Positions 1-15,000 of a stretch of DNA of 64,000 nt are shown one piece after another. Every line of letters starts with the position of its first letter. Position 1 is the stretch's first letter. The translations under genes and the position numbers were made by a program. The DNA is taken from NCBI RefSeq assembly GCF_009914755.1, contig NC_060944.1, one strand, 5' to 3'. The notes under the pieces were generated by a model. That model did not search any database. It had not been told where the DNA came from and worked only from the letters and a program-made list of their open reading frames with translations. The DNA is from the human T2T-CHM13v2.0 reference genome, Homo sapiens.

Positions 1-3000
1 AGGCCACAAAGGGCTCCAAATATCTACTTGCAGAATCTTCAAAAAGAGTGTTTCAAAAGTTCTCAATCAAAAGAAAAGTTAAACTCCATGAGATGAATGC
101 ATACATCACAAAGAAAGTTCTGAGAATGCTTCTGTCTTGTTTTTATGTGAAGATATTTGATTCTCTCCTGTAGGCAACAAGGCGCTCCAAATATCCACTT
201 TCAGATACTACAAAAAGAGTGTTTTGAAACTGCTCAATCATATGATAGGTTCAACCTTGTGAGATGAATGCCCACATCACAAAGTAGCTTCTCAGAATGT
301 TTTTGTGTAGTTTTTATTTGAAGATATTTCCTTTTCCACCATAGGCCACAAAGGGCTCCAAACTTCCACTTGCAGATTCTACAAAAAGAGAGATTCAAAG
401 CTGTTCAATCAAAAGATAGTTTCAACTCTGCGTGTTGAATGCACAAATCACAAAGTAGTTTCTCTGAATGCTTCTGTGTTGTGTTTGTTTATGTGAAGAT
501 ATTTGCTTTTCCACTATAGGGCAAAATAGGGCTCCAAATATCCACTTGCAGATTCTGCAAAAAGGGAGATTCAAAACTGTACAATCAAAAGATAAGTTCA
601 AATATGTGAGTTGAATGCACACAAAACAAAGAAGTTTCTCAGAATACCTCTGTGTAGTTTTTAGGTGAATATATTTGATTTTCCACAGTAGGCCTCAAAG
701 GGCTCCAAATATCCACTTTCAGATTCTGAAATAAGAGAGATTCAAAACTGCTCAATCAAACGATAGGTTCAAATCTGTGAGTTGAATGCACACCTCACAA
801 AGAAGTTTCTCATAAAGTTTCTGTGTAGTTTTTATGTGAAGATATCTCCTTCTCCAAAATAGGCCTCAATGACCTCCAAATATGCACTTCCAGATTCCAT
901 GACAATAGTGCTTCAAAACTGCTCAATCCAAAGAAATGTTCAACACTGTGTGATGAATGCACTCATCACAAAGAAGTTTCTCTGAATGCTTCTGTGTATT
1001 TTGTATTTGAAGATATTTCCTCTTCCACCATAGGGCTCATAGGGCTCCAAATATCCACTTGCAGATTCTACAAAAAGAGTATTCCAAAACTGCTCAATCA
1101 AAAGAAACGTCTAAAACTGTGAGATGAATGCACACATCACAAAGTAGTTTCTCAGAATGCTTCAGTGTAGTTTTTATGTGAAGACATTAGCTTGTCCACG
1201 GAAGGTCTCAAAGCGCTCCAAATATCCACTTGCAGATTCTACAAAATGAGTGTTTCAAAACTGCTCAATCATTAGATAGGTTCAACCCTGTGAGATGAAT
1301 GCACACATAACAAAGAAGTTTTTCAGAATGCTTCTATGTAGTTTTTATTTGAAGGTATTTCCTTTACCACCATAGGTTGCAAGGGGCTCCAAATATCCAC
1401 TTGCAGATTCTACAAAAAGAGAGATTCTAAACTGCTCAATCAACAGATACCTTCAACAATGTGAGATGAATGCACACATCACAAATAAGTTTCACAGAAT
1501 GCTTCTGGGTAGTTTTTATGTGAAGAAATTTCCCTTTCCACAATAGGCCTCAAAACGCTCTAAATATCCACTTGCAGATTCTAAAAAAAGAGTGTTTCAA
1601 AACTGCTCAATCCAAAGAAAGGTTCTACTGTATGAGATGAATGCACACATCACAAAGTACTTTCTCAGAATGCTTCTGCATAGTTTTTATGTGAAGATAT
1701 TTCCTTCTCCACTATAGGCCTCAAAAGGCTCCAAATATCCACTTGCGGATTCTAAAAAAAGAGTGTTTCAAAACTGCTGTATCAAAACAAAGATTCAACT
1801 CTGTGAGATGAATGCACAGATCGCAAAGAAGTTTCTCAGAATGCTTCTGTGTAGTTTTTATGTGAAGATATTTGTTTTTCCACAGTAGGCCCCAATGAGC
1901 TCCAAATATCCACTTGCAGATTCTACAAAAAGAGTGTTTCAAAACTGCTCAATCAACAGAGACATTCAACTCTGTGAGATGAATGCACCCATCACAAAGA
2001 AGTTTCTCAGAATGCTTCTGTGTAGTTTTTGTGTGAAGATATTTCATTTTCCACAGTACGCCTCAAAGCGCTCCAAATATCCACTCGCAGGTTCTGTAAA
2101 AAGAGAGATTCAAAACTGCTGAATCAAAAGATAGGTTCAACACTGTGACTTCAGTGCACAACTCACAAAGGAGTTTCTCAGAAATCTTCTGTGTAGTTTT
2201 TATATGAAGATATCTCCTTCTCCAAAACAGAACTCAAAGCCCTCCAAATATTCACTTCCAGACTGTACGGAAAGATTGTGTCAAAACTGCTAAATCAAAA
2301 CAAAGGTTCAACTCTGTGATGAATGCACTCATCAGAAAGAAGGTTCTCTGAATGCTTCTGTGTAGTTTCTATTTGAAGATATTTCCTTTTCCACTCTAGG
2401 GCGAAATAGGGCTCCAAATATTCACTTGCAGATTCTACGAAAAGAGAGATTCTAAACTGCTCAATCAACAGATACGTTCAACAACTTGAGTTGAATGCAC
2501 ACATCACAAATAAGTTTCACAGAATGCTTCTGGGTAGTTTTTATTTGAAGAAATTTCCCTTTCCACAATAGGCCTCAAATCGCTCTAAATATCCATTTGC
2601 AGATTCTACAAAAAGAGTGTTTCAAAACTGCTCAATCAAAAGAAAGGTTCTACTCTGTGAGGTGAATGCACGCATCACAAAGTGGTTTCTCAGAATGCTT
2701 CTGCATAGTTTTTATGTGAAGATATTTCCTTCTCCACCATAGGCCTCAAAAGGCTCCAAATATCCACTTGCAGATTCTAAAAAAAGAGTGTTTCAAAACT
2801 GCTCAATCCAAAGAAAGGTTCTACTCTGTGAGATGAATGCACACATCACAAAGTAGTTTCTCAGAATGCTTCTGCATAGTTTTTATGTGAAGATATTTCC
2901 TTCTCCACTATAGGCCTCAAAAGGCTCCAAATATCCACTTGCAGATTCTGAAAAAAGAGTGTTTCAAAACTGCTGTGTCAAAAGAAAGATTCAACTCTGT

Positions 3001-6000
3001 TAGATGAATGCACAGATCACAAAGAAGTTTCTCAGGATGCTTCTGTGTAGTTTTTATGTGAAGATATTTGTTTTTCCACAGTAGGCCCCAATGAGCTACA
3101 AATATCCACTCGCAGATTCCGTAAAAAGAGAGATTCAAAACTGCTGAATCAAAAGATAGGTTCAACACTGTGACTTCAGTGCACACCTCACAAAGAAGTT
3201 TCTCAGAATGCTTCTTTGTAGTTTTGATATGAAGATATCTCCTTCTCCAAAATAGATCTCAAAGCCCTCCAAATATTCACTTCCAGATTCTATGGAAAGA
3301 GTCTCAAAACTGCTCAGTCAAAATAAAGGTAGAACTCTGTGAGAAGAATGCACACATCACAAAGAAGTTTCTCAGAATATATTTGTGTAGTTTTTATTTG
3401 AGGATAGTTCCTTTTCTACCATAGGCTGCAAAGGGCTCCAAATATCCACTTGCAGATGGTACAAAGAGAGAGATTCTAAACTGCTCAATCAAAAGGTAGT
3501 TTCAACCCTGTGATATGAATGCACACATCCCAGAGAAGTTTCTCAAAATGCTTCTGTTTAGTTTTTATTTGAAGATATTTCCTTTTCCACCATACGCCTC
3601 AAAGGTCTCCAAATATCCACATGCTGCTTCTACAAAAAGAGAGATTAAAAAATGTTCTATCAAAATATAGGTTCAACTCTGTGAGTTGAATGCGCACATC
3701 ACAAAAAGTTTCTCAGAATGCTTCTGTGTAGTTTTTACGTGAAGATATCTCCTTTTCCACAATAGGCCTCAAAGCTCTCCAAATATCCGCAAGCAGAGTC
3801 TACAAAAAGAGAGATTCAAAACTGCTCAATGAAAAGATAGGTTCAACTCTGTGAGATGAGTGCACATCTCACAAAGAAGTTCCTCAGAATGCTTCTGTGT
3901 AGTTTTTATGTGAAGATATTTCCTTTTCCAAAATAGACCTCAAAGTCCTCCAAATATCCACTTCCAGACTCTATAAAAAGGTGTTTCAAAACTACTCAAT
4001 CAAAAGAAAGGTTCAACTATATGAGATAAATGCACACATCACAAAATGGTTTCTCAGAATGCTTCTGTGTAGTTTTTATTTGAAGATATTTTCTTTTCCA
4101 CCATGGGCCACAAAGGGCTACTAAAACCCACTTGCAGATTCTACAAAAAGAGAGATTCAAAACGGCTCAATCAAAAGATAGGCTCTCCCCTGTGAATTGA
4201 ATGCACACATCACAAAGAAGTTTCTCAGAATGTTTCTGTGTAGTTTTTTTTTTGAAGATATTTCCTTTTCCACAATAGGCCTCAAAGCTCTCCAAACATC
4301 CATTGCTAATTCTTCAAAAAGATCGCTTCAACACTGCTCTATAAAAAGGAAGTTTCAACTCCATTAGATGACTGCACACATCACAAAGAAGTTTCTCAGA
4401 ATGCCTCTGTGTAGTTTGTATGTGAAGATATTTCCTTTTCCACAGTAGGCCACAAAGGGCTCCAAATATCTACTTGCAGAATCTTCAAAAAGAGTGTTTC
4501 AAAAGTTCTCAATCAAAAGAAAAGTTAAACTCCATGAGATGAATGCATACATCACAAAGAAAGTTCTGAGAATGCTTCTGTCTTGTTTTTATGTGAAGAT
4601 ATTTGATTCTCTCCTGTAGGCAACAAGGCGCTCCAAATATCCACTTTCAGATACTACAAAAAGAGTGTTTTGAAACTGCTCAATCATATGATAGGTTCAA
4701 CCTTGTGAGATGAATGCCCACATCACAAAGTAGCTTCTCAGAATGTTTTTGTGTAGTTTTTATTTGAAGATATTTCCTTTTCCACCATAGGCCACAAAGG
4801 GCTCCAAACTTCCACTTGCAGATTCTACAAAAAGAGAGATTCAAAGCTGTTCAATCAAAAGATAGTTTCAACTCTGCGTGTTGAATGCACAAATCACAAA
4901 GTAGTTTCTCTGAATGCTTCTGTGTTGTGTTTGTTTATGTGAAGATATTTGCTTTTCCACTATAGGGCAAAATAGGGCTCCAAATATCCACTTGCAGATT
5001 CTGCAAAAAGGGAGATTCAAAACTGTACAATCAAAAGATAAGTTCAAATATGTGAGTTGAATGCACACAAAACAAAGAAGTTTCTCAGAATACCTCTGTG
5101 TAGTTTTTAGGTGAATATATTTGATTTTCCACAGTAGGCCTCAAAGGGCTCCAAATATCCACTTTCAGATTCTGAAATAAGAAAGATTCAAAACTGCTCA
5201 ATCAAACGATAGGTTCAAATCTGTGAGTTGAATGCACACCTCACAAAGAAGTTTCTCATAAAGTTTCTGTGTAGTTTTTATGTGAAGATATCTCCTTCTC
5301 CAAAATAGGCCCCAATGACCTCCAAATATGCACTTCCAGATTCCATGACAATAGTGCTTCAAAACTGCTCAATCCAAAGAAATGTTCAACACTGTGTGAT
5401 GAATGCACTCATCACAAAGAAGTTTCTCTGAATGCTTCTGTGTATTTTGTATTTGAAGATATTTCCTCTTCCACCATAGGGCTCATAGGGCTCCAAATAT
5501 CCACTTGCAGATTCTACAAAAAGAGTATTCCAAAACTGCTCAATCAAAAGAAACGTCTAAAACTGTGAGATGAATGCACACATCACAAAGTAGTTTCTCA
5601 GAATGCTTCAGTGTAGTTTTTATGTGAAGACATTAGCTTGTCCACGGAAGGTCTCAAAGCGCTCCAAATATCCACTTGCAGATTCTACAAAATGAGTGTT
5701 TCAAAACTGCTCAATCATTAGATAGGTTCAACCCTGTGAGATGAATGCACACATAACAAAGAAGTTTTTCAGAATGCTTCTATGTAGTTTTTATTTGAAG
5801 GTATTTCCTTTACCACCATAGGTTGCAAGGGGCTCCAAATATCCACTTGCAGATTCTACAAAAAGAGAGATTCTAAACTGCTCAATCAACAGATACCTTC
5901 AACAATGTGAGATGAATGCACACATCACAAATAAGTTTCACAGAATGCTTCTGGGTAGTTTTTATGTGAAGAAATTTCCCTTTCCACAATAGGCCTCAAA

Positions 6001-9000
6001 ACGCTCTAAATATCCACTTGCAGATTCTAAAAAAAGAGTGTTTCAAAACTGCTCAATCCAAAGAAAGGTTCTACTGTATGAGATGAATGCACACATCACA
6101 AAGTACTTTCTCAGAATGCTTCTGCATAGTTTTTATGTGAAGATATTTCCTTCTCCACTATAGGCCTCAAAAGGCTCCAAATATCCACTTGCGGATTCTA
6201 AAAAAAGAGTGTTTCAAAACTGCTGTATCAAAACAAAGATTCAACTCTGTGAGATGAATGCACAGATCGCAAAGAAGTTTCTCAGAATGCTTCTGTGTAG
6301 TTTTTATGTGAAGATATTTGTTTTTCCACAGTAGGCCCCAATGAGCTCCAAATATCCACTTGCAGATTCTACAAAAAGAGTGTTTCAAAACTGCTCAATC
6401 AACAGAGACATTCAACTCTGTGAGATGAATGCACCCATCACAAAGAAGTTTCTCAGAATGCTTCTGTGTAGTTTTTGTGTGAAGATATTTCATTTTCCAC
6501 AGTACGCCTCAAAGCGCTCCAAATATCCACTCGCAGGTTCTGTAAAAAGAGAGATTCAAAACTGCTGAATCAAAAGATAGGTTCAACACTGTGACTTCAG
6601 TGCACAACTCACAAAGGAGTTTCTCAGAAATCTTCTGTGTAGTTTTTATATGAAGATATCTCCTTCTCCAAAACAGAACTCAAAGCCCTCCAAATATTCA
6701 CTTCCAGACTGTACGGAAAGATTGTGTCAAAACTGCTAAATCAAAACAAAGGTTCAACTCTGTGATGAATGCACTCATCAGAAAGAAGGTTCTCTGAATG
6801 CTTCTGTGTAGTTTCTATTTGAAGATATTTCCTTTTCCACTCTAGGGCGAAATAGGGCTCCAAATATTCACTTGCAGATTCTACGAAAAGAGAGATTCTA
6901 AACTGCTCAATCAACAGATACGTTCAACAACTTGAGTTGAATGCACACATCACAAATAAGTTTCACAGAATGCTTCTGGGTAGTTTTTATTTGAAGAAAT
7001 TTCCCTTTCCACAATAGGCCTCAAATCGCTCTAAATATCCATTTGCAGATTCTACAAAAAGAGTGTTTCAAAACTGCTCAATCAAAAGAAAGGTTCTACT
7101 CTGTGAGGTGAATGCACGCATCACAAAGTGGTTTCTCAGAATGCTTCTGCATAGTTTTTATGTGAAGATATTTCCTTCTCCACCATAGGCCTCAAAAGGC
7201 TCCAAATATCCACTTGCAGATTCTAAAAAAAGAGTGTTTCAAAACTGCTCAATCCAAAGAAAGGTTCTACTCTGTGAGATGAATGCACACATCACAAAGT
7301 AGTTTCTCAGAATGCTTCTGCATAGTTTTTATGTGAAGATATTTCCTTCTCCACTATAGGCCTCAAAAGGCTCCAAATATCCACTTGCAGATTCTGAAAA
7401 AAGAGTGTTTCAAAACTGCTGTGTCAAAAGAAAGATTCAACTCTGTTAGATGAATGCACAGATCACAAAGAAGTTTCTCAGGATGCTTCTGTGTAGTTTT
7501 TATGTGAAGATATTTGTTTTTCCACAGTAGGCCCCAATGAGCTACAAATATCCACTCGCAGATTCCGTAAAAAGAGAGATTCAAAACTGCTGAATCAAAA
7601 GATAGGTTCAACACTGTGACTTCAGTGCACACCTCACAAAGAAGTTTCTCAGAATGCTTCTTTGTAGTTTTGATATGAAGATATCTCCTTCTCCAAAATA
7701 GATCTCAAAGCCCTCCAAATATTCACTTCCAGATTCTATGGAAAGAGTCTCAAAACTGCTCAGTCAAAATAAAGGTAGAACTCTGTGAGAAGAATGCACA
7801 CATCACAAAGAAGTTTCTCAGAATATATTTGTGTAGTTTTTATTTGAGGATAGTTCCTTTTCTACCATAGGCTGCAAAGGGCTCCAAATATCCACTTGCA
7901 GATGGTACAAAGAGAGAGATTCTAAACTGCTCAATCAAAAGGTAGTTTCAACCCTGTGATATGAATGCACACATCCCAGAGAAGTTTCTCAAAATGCTTC
8001 TGTTTAGTTTTTATTTGAAGATATTTCCTTTTCCACCATACGCCTCAAAGGTCTCCAAATATCCACATGCTGCTTCTACAAAAAGAGAGATTAAAAAATG
8101 TTCTATCAAAATATAGGTTCAACTCTGTGAGTTGAATGCGCACATCACAAAAAGTTTCTCAGAATGCTTCTGTGTAGTTTTTACGTGAAGATATCTCCTT
8201 TTCCACAATAGGCCTCAAAGCTCTCCAAATATCCGCAAGCAGAGTCTACAAAAAGAGAGATTCAAAACTGCTCAATGAAAAGATAGGTTCAACTCTGTGA
8301 GATGAGTGCACATCTCACAAAGAAGTTCCTCAGAATGCTTCTGTGTAGTTTTTATGTGAAGATATTTCCTTTTCCAAAATAGACCTCAAAGTCCTCCAAA
8401 TATCCACTTCCAGACTCTATAAAAAGGTGTTTCAAAACTACTCAATCAAAAGAAAGGTTCAACTATATGAGATAAATGCACACATCACAAAATGGTTTCT
8501 CAGAATGCTTCTGTGTAGTTTTTATTTGAAGATATTTTCTTTTCCACCATGGGCCACAAAGGGCTACTAAAACCCACTTGCAGATTCTACAAAAAGAGAG
8601 ATTCAAAACGGCTCAATCAAAAGATAGGCTCTCCCCTGTGAATTGAATGCACACATCACAAAGAAGTTTCTCAGAATGTTTCTGTGTAGTTTTTTTTTTG
8701 AAGATATTTCCTTTTCCACAATAGGCCTCAAAGCTCTCCAAACATCCATTGCTAATTCTTCAAAAAGATCGCTTCAACACTGCTCTATAAAAAGGAAGTT
8801 TCAACTCCATTAGATGACTGCACACATCACAAAGAAGTTTCTCAGAATGCCTCTGTGTAGTTTGTATGTGAAGATATTTCCTTTTCCACAGTAGGCCACA
8901 AAGGGCTCCAAATATCTACTTGCAGAATCTTCAAAAAGAGTGTTTCAAAAGTTCTCAATCAAAAGAAAAGTTAAACTCCATGAGATGAATGCATACATCA

Positions 9001-12000
9001 CAAAGAAAGTTCTGAGAATGCTTCTGTCTTGTTTTTATGTGAAGATATTTGATTCTCTCCTGTAGGCAACAAGGCGCTCCAAATATCCACTTTCAGATAC
9101 TACAAAAAGAGTGTTTTGAAACTGCTCAATCATATGATAGGTTCAACCTTGTGAGATGAATGCCCACATCACAAAGTAGCTTCTCAGAATGTTTTTGTGT
9201 AGTTTTTATTTGAAGATATTTCCTTTTCCACCATAGGCCACAAAGGGCTCCAAACTTCCACTTGCAGATTCTACAAAAAGAGAGATTCAAAGCTGTTCAA
9301 TCAAAAGATAGTTTCAACTCTGCGTGTTGAATGCACAAATCACAAAGTAGTTTCTCTGAATGCTTCTGTGTTGTGTTTGTTTATGTGAAGATATTTGCTT
9401 TTCCACTATAGGGCAAAATAGGGCTCCAAATATCCACTTGCAGATTCTGCAAAAAGGGAGATTCAAAACTGTACAATCAAAAGATAAGTTCAAATATGTG
9501 AGTTGAATGCACACAAAACAAAGAAGTTTCTCAGAATACCTCTGTGTAGTTTTTAGGTGAATATATTTGATTTTCCACAGTAGGCCTCAAAGGGCTCCAA
9601 ATATCCACTTTCAGATTCTGAAATAAGAGAGATTCAAAACTGCTCAATCAAACGATAGGTTCAAATCTGTGAGTTGAATGCACACCTCACAAAGAAGTTT
9701 CTCATAAAGTTTCTGTGTAGTTTTTATGTGAAGATATCTCCTTCTCCAAAATAGGCCTCAATGACCTCCAAATATGCACTTCCAGATTCCATGACAATAG
9801 TGCTTCAAAACTGCTCAATCCAAAGAAATGTTCAACACTGTGTGATGAATGCACTCATCACAAAGAAGTTTCTCTGAATGCTTCTGTGTATTTTGTATTT
9901 GAAGATATTTCCTCTTCCACCATAGGGCTCATAGGGCTCCAAATATCCACTTGCAGATTCTACAAAAAGAGTATTCCAAAACTGCTCAATCAAAAGAAAC
10001 GTCTAAAACTGTGAGATGAATGCACACATCACAAAGTAGTTTCTCAGAATGCTTCAGTGTAGTTTTTATGTGAAGACATTAGCTTGTCCACGGAAGGTCT
10101 CAAAGCGCTCCAAATATCCACTTGCAGATTCTACAAAATGAGTGTTTCAAAACTGCTCAATCATTAGATAGGTTCAACCCTGTGAGATGAATGCACACAT
10201 AACAAAGAAGTTTTTCAGAATGCTTCTATGTAGTTTTTATTTGAAGGTATTTCCTTTACCACCATAGGTTGCAAGGGGCTCCAAATATCCACTTGCAGAT
10301 TCTACAAAAAGAGAGATTCTAAACTGCTCAATCAACAGATACCTTCAACAATGTGAGATGAATGCACACATCACAAATAAGTTTCACAGAATGCTTCTGG
10401 GTAGTTTTTATGTGAAGAAATTTCCCTTTCCACAATAGGCCTCAAAACGCTCTAAATATCCACTTGCAGATTCTAAAAAAAGAGTGTTTCAAAACTGCTC
10501 AATCCAAAGAAAGGTTCTACTGTATGAGATGAATGCACACATCACAAAGTACTTTCTCAGAATGCTTCTGCATAGTTTTTATGTGAAGATATTTCCTTCT
10601 CCACTATAGGCCTCAAAAGGCTCCAAATATCCACTTGCGGATTCTAAAAAAAGAGTGTTTCAAAACTGCTGTATCAAAACAAAGATTCAACTCTGTGAGA
10701 TGAATGCACAGATCGCAAAGAAGTTTCTCAGAATGCTTCTGTGTAGTTTTTATGTGAAGATATTTGTTTTTCCACAGTAGGCCCCAATGAGCTCCAAATA
10801 TCCACTTGCAGATTCTACAAAAAGAGTGTTTCAAAACTGCTCAATCAACAGAGACATTCAACTCTGTGAGATGAATGCACCCATCACAAAGAAGTTTCTC
10901 AGAATGCTTCTGTGTAGTTTTTGTGTGAAGATATTTCATTTTCCACAGTACGCCTCAAAGCGCTCCAAATATCCACTCGCAGGTTCTGTAAAAAGAGAGA
11001 TTCAAAACTGCTGAATCAAAAGATAGGTTCAACACTGTGACTTCAGTGCACAACTCACAAAGGAGTTTCTCAGAAATCTTCTGTGTAGTTTTTATATGAA
11101 GATATCTCCTTCTCCAAAACAGAACTCAAAGCCCTCCAAATATTCACTTCCAGACTGTACGGAAAGATTGTGTCAAAACTGCTAAATCAAAACAAAGGTT
11201 CAACTCTGTGATGAATGCACTCATCAGAAAGAAGGTTCTCTGAATGCTTCTGTGTAGTTTCTATTTGAAGATATTTCCTTTTCCACTCTAGGGCGAAATA
11301 GGGCTCCAAATATTCACTTGCAGATTCTACGAAAAGAGAGATTCTAAACTGCTCAATCAACAGATACGTTCAACAACTTGAGTTGAATGCACACATCACA
11401 AATAAGTTTCACAGAATGCTTCTGGGTAGTTTTTATTTGAAGAAATTTCCCTTTCCACAATAGGCCTCAAATCGCTCTAAATATCCATTTGCAGATTCTA
11501 CAAAAAGAGTGTTTCAAAACTGCTCAATCAAAAGAAAGGTTCTACTCTGTGAGGTGAATGCACGCATCACAAAGTGGTTTCTCAGAATGCTTCTGCATAG
11601 TTTTTATGTGAAGATATTTCCTTCTCCACCATAGGCCTCAAAAGGCTCCAAATATCCACTTGCAGATTCTAAAAAAAGAGTGTTTCAAAACTGCTCAATC
11701 CAAAGAAAGGTTCTACTCTGTGAGATGAATGCACACATCACAAAGTAGTTTCTCAGAATGCTTCTGCATAGTTTTTATGTGAAGATATTTCCTTCTCCAC
11801 TATAGGCCTCAAAAGGCTCCAAATATCCACTTGCAGATTCTGAAAAAAGAGTGTTTCAAAACTGCTGTGTCAAAAGAAAGATTCAACTCTGTTAGATGAA
11901 TGCACAGATCACAAAGAAGTTTCTCAGGATGCTTCTGTGTAGTTTTTATGTGAAGATATTTGTTTTTCCACAGTAGGCCCCAATGAGCTACAAATATCCA

Positions 12001-15000
12001 CTCGCAGATTCCGTAAAAAGAGAGATTCAAAACTGCTGAATCAAAAGATAGGTTCAACACTGTGACTTCAGTGCACACCTCACAAAGAAGTTTCTCAGAA
12101 TGCTTCTTTGTAGTTTTGATATGAAGATATCTCCTTCTCCAAAATAGATCTCAAAGCCCTCCAAATATTCACTTCCAGATTCTATGGAAAGAGTCTCAAA
12201 ACTGCTCAGTCAAAATAAAGGTAGAACTCTGTGAGAAGAATGCACACATCACAAAGAAGTTTCTCAGAATATATTTGTGTAGTTTTTATTTGAGGATAGT
12301 TCCTTTTCTACCATAGGCTGCAAAGGGCTCCAAATATCCACTTGCAGATGGTACAAAGAGAGAGATTCTAAACTGCTCAATCAAAAGGTAGTTTCAACCC
12401 TGTGATATGAATGCACACATCCCAGAGAAGTTTCTCAAAATGCTTCTGTTTAGTTTTTATTTGAAGATATTTCCTTTTCCACCATACGCCTCAAAGGTCT
12501 CCAAATATCCACATGCTGCTTCTACAAAAAGAGAGATTAAAAAATGTTCTATCAAAATATAGGTTCAACTCTGTGAGTTGAATGCGCACATCACAAAAAG
12601 TTTCTCAGAATGCTTCTGTGTAGTTTTTACGTGAAGATATCTCCTTTTCCACAATAGGCCTCAAAGCTCTCCAAATATCCGCAAGCAGAGTCTACAAAAA
12701 GAGAGATTCAAAACTGCTCAATGAAAAGATAGGTTCAACTCTGTGAGATGAGTGCACATCTCACAAAGAAGTTCCTCAGAATGCTTCTGTGTAGTTTTTA
12801 TGTGAAGATATTTCCTTTTCCAAAATAGACCTCAAAGTCCTCCAAATATCCACTTCCAGACTCTATAAAAAGGTGTTTCAAAACTACTCAATCAAAAGAA
12901 AGGTTCAACTATATGAGATAAATGCACACATCACAAAATGGTTTCTCAGAATGCTTCTGTGTAGTTTTTATTTGAAGATATTTTCTTTTCCACCATGGGC
13001 CACAAAGGGCTACTAAAACCCACTTGCAGATTCTACAAAAAGAGAGATTCAAAACGGCTCAATCAAAAGATAGGCTCTCCCCTGTGAATTGAATGCACAC
13101 ATCACAAAGAAGTTTCTCAGAATGTTTCTGTGTAGTTTTTTTTTGAAGATATTTCCTTTTCCACAATAGGCCTCAAAGCTCTCCAAACATCCATTGCTAA
13201 TTCTTCAAAAAGATCGCTTCAACACTGCTCTATAAAAAGGAAGTTTCAACTCCATTAGATGACTGCACACATCACAAAGAAGTTTCTCAGAATGCCTCTG
13301 TGTAGTTTGTATGTGAAGATATTTCCTTTTCCACAGTAGGCCACAAAGGGCTCCAAATATCTACTTGCAGAATCTTCAAAAAGAGTGTTTCAAAAGTTCT
13401 CAATCAAAAGAAAAGTTAAACTCCATGAGATGAATGCATACATCACAAAGAAAGTTCTGAGAATGCTTCTGTCTTGTTTTTATGTGAAGATATTTGATTC
13501 TCTCCTGTAGGCAACAAGGCGCTCCAAATATCCACTTTCAGATACTACAAAAAGAGTGTTTTGAAACTGCTCAATCATATGATAGGTTCAACCTTGTGAG
13601 ATGAATGCCCACATCACAAAGTAGCTTCTCAGAATGTTTTTGTGTAGTTTTTATTTGAAGATATTTCCTTTTCCACCATAGGCCACAAAGGGCTCCAAAC
13701 TTCCACTTGCAGATTCTACAAAAAGAGAGATTCAAAGCTGTTCAATCAAAAGATAGTTTCAACTCTGCGTGTTGAATGCACAAATCACAAAGTAGTTTCT
13801 CTGAATGCTTCTGTGTTGTGTTTGTTTATGTGAAGATATTTGCTTTTCCACTATAGGGCAAAATAGGGCTCCAAATATCCACTTGCAGATTCTGCAAAAA
13901 GGGAGATTCAAAACTGTACAATCAAAAGATAAGTTCAAATATGTGAGTTGAATGCACACAAAACAAAGAAGTTTCTCAGAATACCTCTGTGTAGTTTTTA
14001 GGTGAATATATTTGATTTTCCACAGTAGGCCTCAAAGGGCTCCAAATATCCACTTTCAGATTCTGAAATAAGAGAGATTCAAAACTGCTCAATCAAACGA
14101 TAGGTTCAAATCTGTGAGTTGAATGCACACCTCACAAAGAAGTTTCTCATAAAGTTTCTGTGTAGTTTTTATGTGAAGATATCTCCTTCTCCAAAATAGG
14201 CCTCAATGACCTCCAAATATGCACTTCCAGATTCCATGACAATAGTGCTTCAAAACTGCTCAATCCAAAGAAATGTTCAACACTGTGTGATGAATGCACT
14301 CATCACAAAGAAGTTTCTCTGAATGCTTCTGTGTATTTTGTATTTGAAGATATTTCCTCTTCCACCATAGGGCTCATAGGGCTCCAAATATCCACTTGCA
14401 GATTCTACAAAAAGAGTATTCCAAAACTGCTCAATCAAAAGAAACGTCTAAAACTGTGAGATGAATGCACACATCACAAAGTAGTTTCTCAGAATGCTTC
14501 AGTGTAGTTTTTATGTGAAGACATTAGCTTGTCCACGGAAGGTCTCAAAGCGCTCCAAATATCCACTTGCAGATTCTACAAAATGAGTGTTTCAAAACTG
14601 CTCAATCATTAGATAGGTTCAACCCTGTGAGATGAATGCACACATAACAAAGAAGTTTTTCAGAATGCTTCTATGTAGTTTTTATTTGAAGGTATTTCCT
14701 TTACCACCATAGGTTGCAAGGGGCTCCAAATATCCACTTGCAGATTCTACAAAAAGAGAGATTCTAAACTGCTCAATCAACAGATACCTTCAACAATGTG
14801 AGATGAATGCACACATCACAAATAAGTTTCACAGAATGCTTCTGGGTAGTTTTTATGTGAAGAAATTTCCCTTTCCACAATAGGCCTCAAAACGCTCTAA
14901 ATATCCACTTGCAGATTCTAAAAAAAGAGTGTTTCAAAACTGCTCAATCCAAAGAAAGGTTCTACTGTATGAGATGAATGCACACATCACAAAGTACTTT

